A stretch of 64,000 nucleotides of DNA, from contig NW_027590138.1 of the NCBI RefSeq assembly GCF_964213995.1, forward strand, positions 310,001-374,000, read 5' to 3'. Within the stretch, counting starts at the first letter, position 1, and each line of letters begins with the position of its first letter. The notes under the pieces were generated by a model, which did not search any database, was not told the DNA's origin, and saw only the letters and a program-made list of their open reading frames with translations. Shown here piece by piece: positions 36,451 to 47,770 of the stretch. This DNA is from Mustelus asterias (lineage: Eukaryota). Both the position numbers and the translations under genes were made by a program.

Positions 36451-36609
36451 CCCCTCCTGTCCACCAGAGGTCGCTGTAGGCCTCCCAGCTGCTGCTCCTC
36501 CCCCTCCCGGTGTCACCTCTTGCCCACTGCGGCGCCTCCAGTACACCTCACTGGAGCCCCAGGCCATTCTTGCCATCCTGCCAGGTCTCGGGTACTGAGG
36601 CCAGTAGTA

Positions 36610-37100
36610 ACGTTTATTTATGAGTCACAATAAGGTTTACATTCACACTGTAATGAAGTTACTGTGAAAATCCCCGAGTCGCCACACTCCGGCACCTGTT
36701 CGGGTACACTGAGGGAGAATTCAGCTTGGCCAATGCACCCTAACCAGCACATCTTTTGGACTGTGGGAGGAAACCGGAGCACCCGGAGGAAGTCCACACA
36801 GACATGTCCAAAGATGTGTGGGTTAGGTTGATTGGCCAGGTTAAAAATTGCCCCTTAGAATCCTAAAATGTGTAGGTTAGAGGGATTAGTGGGTAAAATA
36901 TGTGGGGGTAGGGCCTGGGTGGGATTGTGGTCGGTGCAGACTCGATGGGCCGAATGGCCTCCTTCTGCACTGTAGGGTTTCTATGATTTCTATGGGGAAA
37001 ATGTGCAAACTCCACACAGTGACCCAAGCTGGGAATCAAATCCAAATCCCTGGCACTGTGAGGCAGCAGTGCTAACCACTGTGTCACTGTACCACCCAGT
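36610..37100. mobile_element. Nested SINEs
   Basis: Minus-strand SINE interrupted by a plus-strand HE1-like 3' part (36805-36993). Confidence 0.75.
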
Positions 37101-38514
37101 GCTCTAAGGTTAAGTTTCTTCTTCAAACCGAAGAAGATTCAGTGTCACATCAGGACGGGGAAAAAGGAGTCCATTGGCTTCAGATGGATAATGGTAAAAG
37201 TTAATATCCCAATTTATTCACTTTATTCCTTCAAGCTGAGGTTTACAAAGTGAAAATTCCGCTGTTTATAGCAGTGACTAAATAAGCAATGACACTCATC
37301 CTATATTTAAATTAGGCTGTAATACACATCAATTTCACACAGGTTAACAGTTTTCAAGCATTTGGAACCCCAAATGTCTGCTGATGTGTCATCCAGAGCT
37401 GTTTTCCTGGCAGTTTGTGTCAGTAGCAGGCTGCCGTTACCATCCACTCTTGGGCAGGGTGAGGAGACAGCTCCGACACTGACCTCAGCTGGAATGGGAA
37501 TTGAACCATACATTAGTCCGCAGGCCAGCAATGCTGCAGGAATTGCAAAGGGGCTGCACAGAGGTCCAGAATTAGAAGAGGGGGTTGTGAAGATGGAGGA
37601 AGCGTCTGCAAGACATGGGGACATTTTGGATTATCTCAAAATTACAGAATGTGGGAGACCAGTCAGGAATGTGTTGAAATTGTCAAGTCTGGCAGTAATG
37701 TGTGGATGTGGGATTCAGCAGCAGATGAAGGGCTGCACGGTGGAACAGTGGTTAGCACTGCTGCCTGACAGCAGTGGGTTTCTGTGTACGTTCTCCCTGT
37801 GTCTGAGTTTCCTCTGGGTGCTTCCGTTTCCTCCTACATTCCAAAGATGTGCAGGTTAGGTGGATTGGCCATGTTAAATTATCCGTTAGCATCCAAAGAT
37901 GTGTAGGTTAGGGGGGGTTAGCAGGGTAAATGCACAAGGGTACAGGGCCCATCAAATCTGCACCGACTCTCCAACAGAGCATCTTATCCAGGCCTCATCC
38001 CCATAGCCCCACATATTTATCCCGCTGTTCCACTGTGTTACTTGTTCATTACAATAGGGACCAGAGTCTGAGGTTATAAATGGGTGAGTTTACTCCAATA
38101 GTAATTCTTTCGACATCTGACAAGTTTACAGCTATTAACATCCTGCCTATCAAATAGCTCCAGCCGACATATGAGAGAACCAACATTCAGAGCTTTCACA
38201 TCCTCATCCTGAAGTTACAAAACAGACTTTAGTCCTCGGCCTGCTGATACATCGGCACATTCACACAGGGGTGGATTGGACTGTGATCTGTTTATTGTTC
38301 ATCTTTAGTTCAATACAGTTTCTGAGTGATTTAAATTTAAAACAAGGTCTGCAGGCGTGAAGATTTATTGACACATGAATGAGAGATGCTGTGGGGCATT
38401 CTAAAAGTCCAACAGGGCCGATTTACATCAGAAAAACTCCAACTATCAGTATAAACGTAATTTAGTTGGGATGCAATTAACAGCAGCAATAACAGCAGAA
38501 TCACACCCCTGTGA

Positions 38515-39804
38515 TCACTGGTGAAGTCGCTGGTGTCTCACCAGGTTGTATGACTGGGTGAATCCCTTTCCACACATTGAACAAGTGAACGGCTTCTCCT
38601 CACTGTGAACTTGTTGGTGTCTCACCAGGTTGTGTGACTGGGTGAATCCCTTTCCACACATTGAACAAGTGAACGGCTTCTCCTCACTGTGAACTTGTTG
38701 GTGTCTCAGCAGAGTGGATGACCGGGTGAATCCTTTCCCACACTCAGTGCAGGTGAACGGTTTGTCCTCAGAGTGATTTCGCTGGTGTGCGAGCAGAAGT
38801 TTTCTGCTTTTAAAGCTCTTCTCACAGTCAGAACATTTGAACGGTCTCTCATTTGTGTGAACAAGTTGGTGTGAAGTGAGAGAGGATAAACAAGTGAATC
38901 CCTTCCCACACACAGGGCAGGTGAACGGCCTCTCCCCAGTGTGAATTCGCTGGTGTACAGTGAGGTCGCCTGATCGCCTGAAGCCAGTCCCGCAGTGAGA
39001 GCATGTGAATGGTCTCTCGTCAGAGTGAACACGTTGATGGTGACGTAGTTCCTCAGAACTTTTATAGCCCTTCCCGCAGTCTGGACATTTAAACGGTCTC
39101 TCTTCACTGTGAACTCGTTGGTGTTTCTGCAGGTTGGATGATCGGTTAAATCCCTTCCCACATTCAGAGCAGGTGAATGGCCTCTCTCCAGTGTGAATGC
39201 GCTCATGTGCCACAAGGTGGAATGATGTCCTGAACCCCTTCTGGCAGTGGGAGCAGCTGAACGGTGTGGAACCGGTGTGAATGTACTGGTGCTCCCGGAG
39301 TGTGCGTGGAGTTTTAAAACTCTTTCCACACTCAGTGCATTAAAACTCTCTCCTGACGGTGTGAACTCGCTGGTGTCTCTGCAGGGCAGAGAAATCTGTG
39401 AATCCCTTCCCACACTCAGAGCAGGTGAAAGGCCTCTCCCCTGTGTGAATGTGCCGATGTATCAGCAGGGCCGATGACTGAGTAAATCCTTTTCCACATT
39501 CGGAGCAGGTGAACTGCCTCTCCCTGCTGTGAATGCGCTGGTGAATCAACAGGCCAGCTGTCTGAGTGAATCCCTTCCCACACACAGGGCAGCTAAAAGG
39601 TCTCTCTCCAGTGTGAGTGCGTTGGTGATTTTGCAGGTCAACTGGATAATTGAATCCTTTCCCACAGTCTCCACATTTATACGGTCTCTCCCTGGTGTGA
39701 CTGCGCTTGTGTCTCGACAGGCCAGATGATCGATTGAAGCCTTGTCCACATACAGAACACATGTACAGTGTCTCCTCTCTGTGAACGGTGCATTTTTCTT
39801 CCAT
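38515..39804 (-). pseudogene. C2H2 zinc-finger gene C, 15 fingers, single in-frame TAA after finger 5
   Basis: ORFs 39340-40128 and 38515-39213 share a frame; only lesion is TAA at 39340-39342; acceptor at 39911. Confidence 0.88.
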
Positions 39805-40473
39805 GTTCAAAGGCCGATGATGTTCAGATCCTGATGAATCAAAGCTCCCTGTCTGATCTTGATGTGATCCTTGATTTACAATTTTCTGTAATTCCTCACC
39901 TTCTAATCCCCTGAAAAATGAATTGAAAACAGAAAGTGGGAAACATGAGAGACAAGCCATAAATATACAAAGACAAAATGTGAAACTGAGTTGATCTAAT
40001 CTGGTAAATTGTGGGATTGGGACTAGGAAATAGTGGATATGAAAGATGCTGGATTGTGACAAAGCCTCAAACTGTTTACCAATGCACTGAGGGAAAGGAA
40101 CCCTCCACCTCTTCAGAGCCAACAACAAGAATCCAGCCTTTATGCGTGAAGAGGGAGAGGTCGGGAGGAGGGTGACGGAGAGAGATTTTATACATCAGCA
40201 ACTCAACCAGGATTTTGGCAGAATCTCCTAAACCCACAATCTTCCCCACCTGGAAGTACCAGAGCAGCTGCGACATGGGAAAACCTCACAACTCCCTGAC
40301 TTGGACAAATATCACTGTCCCTTCAACGTGACTGGGTTAAAATTCTAATACTCTTGCATTGTGGGAGCACCTACGGACTGCAGAGGTTCAAGAAGAAGGC
40401 CAACTATCACCATCACAAAGGACAATTGGTGATTGGTAACATATGATAGTCATAGTCTGTGATAGTAATTCAT

Positions 40474-40833
40474 GATGTGGAGATGCCGACGTTGGACTGG
40501 GGTAAACACAGTAAGAAGTTTAACAACACCAGGTTAAAGTCCAACAGGTTTATTTGGTAGCAAAAGCCACACAAGCTTTCGGAGCTCTTAGCCCCTTCTT
40601 CAGGTGAGTGGGAATTCTGTTCACAAACAGAGCTTATAAAGACACAGACTCAATTTACATGAATAATGGTTGGAATGCAAATACTTACAACTAATCAAGT
40701 CTTTAAGAGACGAAACAATGTGAGTGGAGAGAGCATCAAGACAGGCTAAAAAGATGTGTATTGTCTCCAGACAAGACAGCCAGTGAAACTCTGCAGGTCC
40801 ACGCAACTGTGGGAGTTACAAATAGTGTGACAT
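40474..40833 (-). mobile_element. Penelope terminal repeat
   Basis: 12-bp duplication ATAGTAATTCAT at 40462-40473 and 40864-40875. Confidence 0.88.
40570..40606 (-). ncRNA. Minimal hammerhead ribozyme
   Basis: CAC-CTGAAGA-A-GGGGC-TAAGA-GCTCC-GAAA-GCT-T-GTG. Confidence 0.78.
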
Positions 40834-40954
40834 TTTATAGTAATAAAATTCATTACAGTAATTATAGTAATTCATTACAGATACCTGGGTCTTGTCAGTA
40901 ATGTCCACTTTCAAAGAATTTTTTGTTTATTTGCAAATCTGTATGAAACCTGCA

Positions 40955-42500
40955 AGTTCATACGTTCACAAGATATAGGAGCAGAATTAGGCCATTCGGC
41001 CCCTTGAGTCCGCTCCGCCATTCAATCATGGCTGATATGCTTCTCATCCCCATTTTCCTGCCTTCTCCCATAACCTTTCAACCCATAACCAATTAAAAAT
41101 CTGTCCAACTCCTCCTTAAATTACTCACTGCCCAGCATCCACCGCACTTTGGGGTAGCAAATTCCACAGATGAAAGGAAAACAAGGAAACAAAACCAATG
41201 ACCGCTGCAATCCAGGAGGACAAGGACAGTGGACAGATGGGAAAGCCATCACCTGGAAGTCCCCTTCCAAACCACTCAGCATCTTGATTTGGAAATATGT
41301 CACTGTTCCTTCACTGTCATTGGATCAAAATCCTGGAATTCCCTCCCTAATAACACTGTGGATGTACCTACGCCACATAGACTGCAGCGATTCAAGAAGG
41401 CAGCTCACCACCACCTTTTCAAGGGCAATTAAGGATGGGCAATAAATGCTAGTCTAGCCAACGACTAGAATCAATTGAACAATTTTGAAAATGACTTGGA
41501 ATATCCATGAGAAAACAATCCTGACAGTTACTCAAATAAATACTTCACTCAGTCACACCAGCTTCTGAGTTTATATTTGACTGAAGTGGTTGGATTTTGC
41601 TGTTGTTTGTGGAAAACTTTGGGGAATTTGCCCAGTCCATTACACAAACTAGCCTCCCATCCATTGTCTCCATCTACACTTCCCGCTGCCTCGGAAAAGC
41701 AGCCAACGTAATCGAGAATGTCACACACCCCGGACGTACTCTCTTCAACCTTCTTCTGGCAAGAAAAAGGTACAAAAGTCTGAGATCATGTACCAACCGA
41801 TTCAAGAACACCTTCTTCCCTGCTGCCATCAGACTTTTGAATAGACCTACTTCTTATTAATTTGATCTTCCTCTACAGCCCAACTGTGACTGTAATACTA
41901 CATTCTGCACTCTCTCCTTTCCTTCCCTATGTACAGTATGCTTTGTCTGTATAGTGCACAAGGAATAATGTTTTTCACTGTCCACTAATATATGTGACAA
42001 TAATAAATCAAATCAAATAAGAACCCCACACACTCCAAATGTGCGGGTTAGGTTGATTGGCCAGGTTAAAAATTGTCCCTTCGAGTCCTGGGATGCGTAG
42101 GTTAGAGGGATTAGCGGGTAAAATATGTGGGGGTAGGGCCTGGGTGGGATTGTGGTCGGTGCAGACTCGATGGGCCGAATGGCCTCCTTCTGCACTGTAG
42201 GGTTTCTATGTTTCTATGTTTCCAGACATACTCTCTTCCACCTTCTTCCATTGGGAAAAAGGATACAAAAGTCTGAGATCAGGTACCAACTGACTCAAAA
42301 ACAGCTTAATCCCTACTGCCATCAGAATTTTGAATGGAGCTGCCTTATATTAAGTTGATCTTTTGCTACACCCTAGATATGACTGTAACACTACATTCTG
42401 CACCCTTTTCTTTCCTTCTCTCCTATCTGCTCTATGAATGGAATGCTTTGTCTGTACAGTGCACAAGAAATAATAATTTTCACTGTAAACCATAACATGT
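40955..42500. mobile_element. Patchwork of CR1 3' end (-), LINE 3' remnants and SINE fragment
   Basis: TNRFKNTFFPAAIRLLN LINE C-terminus at 41620-42015 and a related copy at 42220-42500; SINE 42040-42220. Confidence 0.7.
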
Positions 42501-42649
42501 GACAATAATAAATCAAAATTATCCACCAGTTCCCACTTCTGTTCTTTCTGATGAATGAAGGATCTGTGCACAGCTTTTCCGACCCTCCTCCCAATCTCCA
42601 CATCACAGCAAAAAGATCACCAGTCAACAATAACGACTTTCAATGACGG

Positions 42650-43060
42650 AGGGTTTACCCAGCATTCGCCGCGGTGGTGAATGTCCCCTAGTGACACCTG
42701 AGGAAGGCACCGCGCAGGCGCAGAATTACCAGATTTGGCGCATGCGCACCGTCAGTTATGGCGATGGGGTGAGTCTCTCTTTTTGTCTCTTTGCCACGGG
42801 GAAGGCAGCGGAAACTCTGAAGGAGCGATGGAGCCGGCTCTGGATAGGGAGAGTTTCTAAACACCTGGTGGACGCCTCAAACCCCGATTGAGACTCTGCG
42901 CTTCCGTGTTTGCAGCTCCGGATCTTTTTCCGCCCGGAGGCCCAAGTCCAGGTTAACGGCCGCTATCTTGGATCAGCGAGAGGCGCATGCGCCAGGGTCT
43001 TCGTTGCGCAATAGTGAGGGCGGGGCTGAGATTTTACAGTTCCCACCGGGTCCTAGTTTC
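42650..43060. promoter_or_regulatory. CpG-rich bidirectional promoter between ZNF-C (-) and ZNF-D (+)
   Basis: NRF1-type GCGCATGCGC at 42738 and 42983; YY1-like GCCGCTATCTTG; GC box; donor GTGAGT at 42769. Confidence 0.75.
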
Positions 43061-43139
43061 CAGCACATTAGAGTTAACATTGATCTTTCGTGTCAGAAGT
43101 AGGTTTACATTGACAGGATAATGAATCTGTAGAGAAAGA

Positions 43140-43412
43140 TCAATTCGTGTCAGAAGTAGGTTTATATTGACACGACAATGAAGTTACTGTGAAAATCCCC
43201 TCGTCGCCACACTCCGGCGCCTGTTCGGGTCCACTGAGAGAGAATTTAGCATGGCCAGTGCACCTAACCAGCACATCTTTCGGACTGTGGGAGGAAACCT
43301 GAGCACCTGAAGGAAAGCCACACAGACACAGGGATAATCTGCAAACTCTACACAGACAGTGACCCAATCCGGGAACTGAAGCCAGGTCTAACCACTGTGT
43401 CACTGTGCCTCC
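43140..43412 (-). mobile_element. SINE
   Basis: Same family as 19462 and 52430. Confidence 0.75.
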
Positions 43413-44477
43413 CAGCAAACTGGGCAACAGGTGTCTAAACAGTTTCACCCGCTCCCAGCCTGCAGCTGATGTTTGCAGGAGTCCATGAACCATGTACATA
43501 TTCAGTGTGAGAGGTTGCAGTCCCTGAAGGAGCTGCTTCTCCACTTTTAGTTACACTTCTATTCTGCCCCATGCTCCTAATCATTGGCTTCCCATGTGGA
43601 GGAGGCTTGGGAGGTCAGAGGACCTTTTCCTGGACCTGCTCTCTTGGGGCTGGTTAAAACAGTGATTTGTAGATCAGCATGGGGTAACTAGGCTGTTGGC
43701 CTCTCTTCCGTGGTCTTGTCCATGCTCGTGTGGTCCTGGAGAAGAACCGTGCAGTGTCGACTGGAACACTCGATACCTCCCACAACTCAGGGTACAGAGT
43801 GTCTCATAGACACTGGAAACAAAGTTCTGGTTTAGTTGAGATGGAAGTTTGATTGGACCACAAGATTGGGGAAACAAAAGAGAAAAGAATATTCCATGGA
43901 AATGAGAATTGTCTGTTCTGACTTTCTATCCTGTGCTGACAATGATACTGACTCTGTCAATGTCTTTTACAAGGTCCACAAGGGCGATGAATTGCAGATG
44001 GGAAACTGAAACCAAACATCACATCAAGAGCTGATAGAGTCACTCAATTCATCAGAACCTGAATATCATCGACCTTTAAATGTGGAAGGAGAAATGTTTT
44101 TCTGTTTTGGCGGTGAGGAAAGATTTCAAACATCAGTGTGACTGGAAAAGCACCGAGACACACACACACCCGAGTCAGAGTGTTCCAGTGAACTGACTGT
44201 GGAAAGAGCTTTAACCGGTTACACAGCCTGATTTTTAAAAAGTGTCATTATTCACAGCAGAGAGCCAAAGGATGAGAAGATCTTGGAGCAGAATTAGGCC
44301 ATTGGGCCCATTGAGTCTGCTCCACTATTCACTGATCTGATATAATCCTGAACTCCACTTTCCAGCCTTATCCCCATGACCCTTGATTCCCTTACTGAGA
44401 AATAATACACAAGTTCTTTATGTGGACAAGGCTTGAACAGATTGTTTAACCTAGAGAGACGCAAGGACACCCACACC

Positions 44478-45302
44478 ATGGAGAAACCATGGAAATGTGG
44501 GGACTGTGGGAAGGGATTCAGTTACCCATCGCTGCTGGAAATACATCGCCGCAGTCACACTGGGGAGAGACCATTCACCTGCTCCGTGTGCGGGAAGGGA
44601 TTCATTCAGTCATCCCACCTGCTGACCCACCAGCAAGCTCACATTGAAGAGAGGCTTTTTAACCACTCTGACAGCGATAACAACTCTAAAAGCTCTGAGG
44701 ACCTGGTCAAGCACCAGATTGTTCACATTGCAAGACAGTTCAGTTGCTCTCATTGTGGGAAGCTGTTTAAACGATCACAGAACCTCATTGAACACGAACG
44801 CACTCACACTGGGGAGAGGCCATTCATCTGCTGTGTGTGTGGGAAGGAATTCACACGATCATCCCACCTCGCTACACACCGACTGGTTCACACTGATAAC
44901 AGACCTTTCAAATGTACTGAATGTGAGAAGAGTTATAAAACCACAAGTGATCTGCTGATACACCAGCGAGTTCACAATGGGGAGAGGCCATTCAGATGTA
45001 CAGTGTGTGGGAAGGGATTCACTCTTTTATCCAGCCTCCAGAAACACCAGCGAGTTCACACTGGGGAGAGGTCATTCGCCTGCTCCTTGTGTGGAAAAGG
45101 ATTCATTTATTTAACCAGCCTCAGATCACACCAACTTGTTCACTCAGATAAGAAACCTTTCAAATGTTCTGAATGTGAGAAGAGCTTTAAGACCTCAAGT
45201 GTTCTGCTGAGGCACCAACAAGTTCACTCCGGGGAGAGACCATTCACCTGCTCTGACTGTGGAAAGGGATTCACTCGTTCATCCAACCTGCAAACACACT
45301 AG
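44478..45302 (+). CDS. C2H2 zinc-finger protein D (8 intact fingers; TAG truncates finger 10; finger relics continue to ~45527)
   Basis: ACCATGG Kozak, MEKPWKC...; in-frame finger sequence beyond the TAG; acceptor at ~43973. Confidence 0.82.
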   Translation: MEKPWKCGDCGKGFSYPSLLEIHRRSHTGERPFTCSVCGKGFIQSSHLLTHQQAHIEERLFNHSDSDNNSKSSEDLVKHQIVHIARQFSCSHCGKLFKRSQNLIEHERTHTGERPFICCVCGKEFTRSSHLATHRLVHTDNRPFKCTECEKSYKTTSDLLIHQRVHNGERPFRCTVCGKGFTLLSSLQKHQRVHTGERSFACSLCGKGFIYLTSLRSHQLVHSDKKPFKCSECEKSFKTSSVLLRHQQVHSGERPFTCSDCGKGFTRSSNLQTH

Positions 45303-46179
45303 CACATTCACACCGGGGAGAAACCGTTCACTTGCTCTGAGTGTGGGAAGGGATTTTCTCACTCACCCCACCTGCTGAGACACCAACAAACTCACAATGG
45401 AGAGAGACCGTTCACCTTCTCTGAGTGTGAGATGGGATTCACTCAGTCAACCCATCTTCTAACACACCAGCAAATTGACAAGTGTCTGGAGGAATTGGAT
45501 TCTGCTGTTATTCACATCCAGGACTGAACAGTCTTCATTCTGACAGTTGGGGTGTGTTTTTGCTGATGTTAGTGATTACTATAACTGGGCTGGGGTTTAT
45601 TACTCTGGATAAATGTCAAATTAACTAATATTGTTTAAGACACAAAGCTGAGACCTTCATTTCTCCAGGATAAGAAAATATTAATCAATGTCTTGTTACC
45701 AATTGCTGCATTTTTGTGGCCTTTTCTCCTTCCTAGTTCTAGATTATTTCAGTTTTCATACCTTGTTACTCTCCTGGACAAGTCCCAGCTCCCCATACCT
45801 TCCAGAGTGTCTTTCCTGGCCTTGGAATCCATGGAAGGCATCAGTAACACATCCACGATCACCAAACACAAATCACAGTTGTTTGCACTGATCCACTTCT
45901 TTCCCCAGTCATTCAGGATGGTGATATTTGTGGAGCTTTCTCTCTCTGTGATTTGTTTAATTGTCCCCCACCATTCACGACTGGATGTGGGGGGACTGCA
46001 GCTTTGATCTGATCCGTTGTTTGTGGGATCGCTTGGCCCTGCCTGGAACATGCTGCCTCCACTGTTCAGCGTGCTTATAGTCCCATGTTACAGAGTAACC
46101 AGGTTGGAATCTCAGTTTTAGGGTGCCTAGTGCTGCTCCTGACTTGTTCTCCTACACTCCATGTTGAACTAGGGGAGGT

Positions 46180-46530
46180 GATGACTTGGTGGTATTATTG
46201 CTGAACTATTAATCCAGAAACTTCTCTCATGATTTGGGGACCGGGTTTCGAATCCTGCCACATCAGTTGGTGGAATTTGAATTCAATGAAAAAAATCTGG
46301 AATTAAGAATTTACTGATGACCATGAAACCATTGTTGATTATTGTAAAAAACCCATCTGGTTCACTAATGCCCTCAGGGAAGGAAATCTGCTCTCCTTAC
46401 CCAGTCTGGCCTACATGTGACTCCCTCTGAAATGGCCCCGCAAGTCACTCAGTTCAAGGGCAACAAGGCTGGGCCATAAATGCTGGCCATCCAGCAATGC
46501 CCATTTCCCACAAATGAATAAAAAAGAATT
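46180..46530 (+). mobile_element. SINE-like element with LINE-derived tail
   Basis: B-box-like GTTTCGAATCC; AATGAATAAAAAA end. Confidence 0.55.
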
Positions 46531-46619
46531 TCAAGTTGAGGACTCCCAGGATGACTCACTTGCACTGTACACCTCTGTGCTGCTCCCTCTACTCAGGTCT
46601 GAACTGCTGGGAGGACAGG

Positions 46620-47770
46620 ATATTCTGGCAGGAAGGATAAAAGGGAAGCAGATTATCTAAATGGTGAGAGATTGTAGAGCTCTGAGATGCAGAGGGATCT
46701 GAGTGTTCTGGAGATTGAATAAACTGGGATTGTTCTCCCTGGAAAGATGGAGGCTGAGACGCGACCTGATAGACGTTTATAAAATTATGAGGGGTGTGGA
46801 TAGGGTGAAGAGTTGGGAGCTTTTTCCCAGGGCAGAAATGACAATTACAAGGCGGCACAAGTTCAAGATAAGGGGGAAAGGTTCAGTGGAGATGTGCGGG
46901 GGAAGGTTTTTTACACAGAGGGTGGTGGGGGCCTGGAATGCACTGCCAAGTGAGGTGGTTGAGGCAGATACATTAGCGACATTTAAGACTTATCTTGATA
47001 GACACATGAACAGACGGGAATAGAGGGATATAAGTGGTTGGTCTCGAGAGGACAATGTGATCAGCGTAGACCGAAGGGCCTGTTCCTGTGCTGTTCTTTG
47101 TTCTTTGCATGAATCACAAAAAGCTCGTAAGCAGGAAAAGCAAGTAATTAGGAAAGCTATCATTTGTGAGGGGAATTGATTACATAAATATGGAGGTTAT
47201 GCTTCAGTTATCCAGAGCACCAGTGAGACCACATCTGGAGTACAGTGTACAGTATTGGTCATCTTGTTTAAGCAAGGATGTAAATACATTGGAAGCAGTC
47301 GATTGACCAGACTAATGCCAGAAATGTGTGGATTATGGGTAAAGCTTGGACAGGCTAGGTTTGTGTCTGCTGGAGTTTAGAAGAGTAAGATAAATTTGAT
47401 CGAAACATAGAAGATCCTGAAGGGTCTTGACAGGTTGATGTGGAAAGGATGTTTCCTCTTCTGTGAGAATCTCGAGCGAGAGGTCCCTGTTTAAAAATAA
47501 GGGTTCACACATTTAAAACGGAGATGAGGTGAAATATTTTCTTTCAGAGGGTCGTGAACCTCTGGAACACTTCTGAAAAGGCGGTGGAAGCAAAATCTTT
47601 GAATATTTTTAAGGCAGATGTAGATAGATTCTTGGCAAGCAAGTGGATGACAGATTGGGGGCAGGCAGGATGCAGATTTAAGGTTACTATCAGATCAACC
47701 CTGATCTGATTAAATGGTGGAGCAGACTCAAGGGGCCAAATAGCCGAATCCTGCTCCTTGTTCCTGTGAG
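46620..47770 (+). mobile_element. Nested CR1 fragments (younger copy 46705-47106 inside an older copy)
   Basis: LGLFSLERWRLRRDLIDVYKIMRG; two 3'UTRs. Confidence 0.8.

Noticed and set aside
38706-39413. Long alternative-frame ORFs over ZNF exons (also 59915-60451)
   Set aside because: Typical shadow frames of repetitive finger codons
39911-40128. N-terminal extension of ZNF-C in the ORF track
   Set aside because: It runs through the polypyrimidine tract and acceptor shared with the other paralogues, so it is intron
44189-44191. Selenocysteine-containing zinc finger (TGA at a Cys position)
   Set aside because: The surrounding leader has paralogue-specific indels and a second TGA at a non-Cys site; no SECIS recognised
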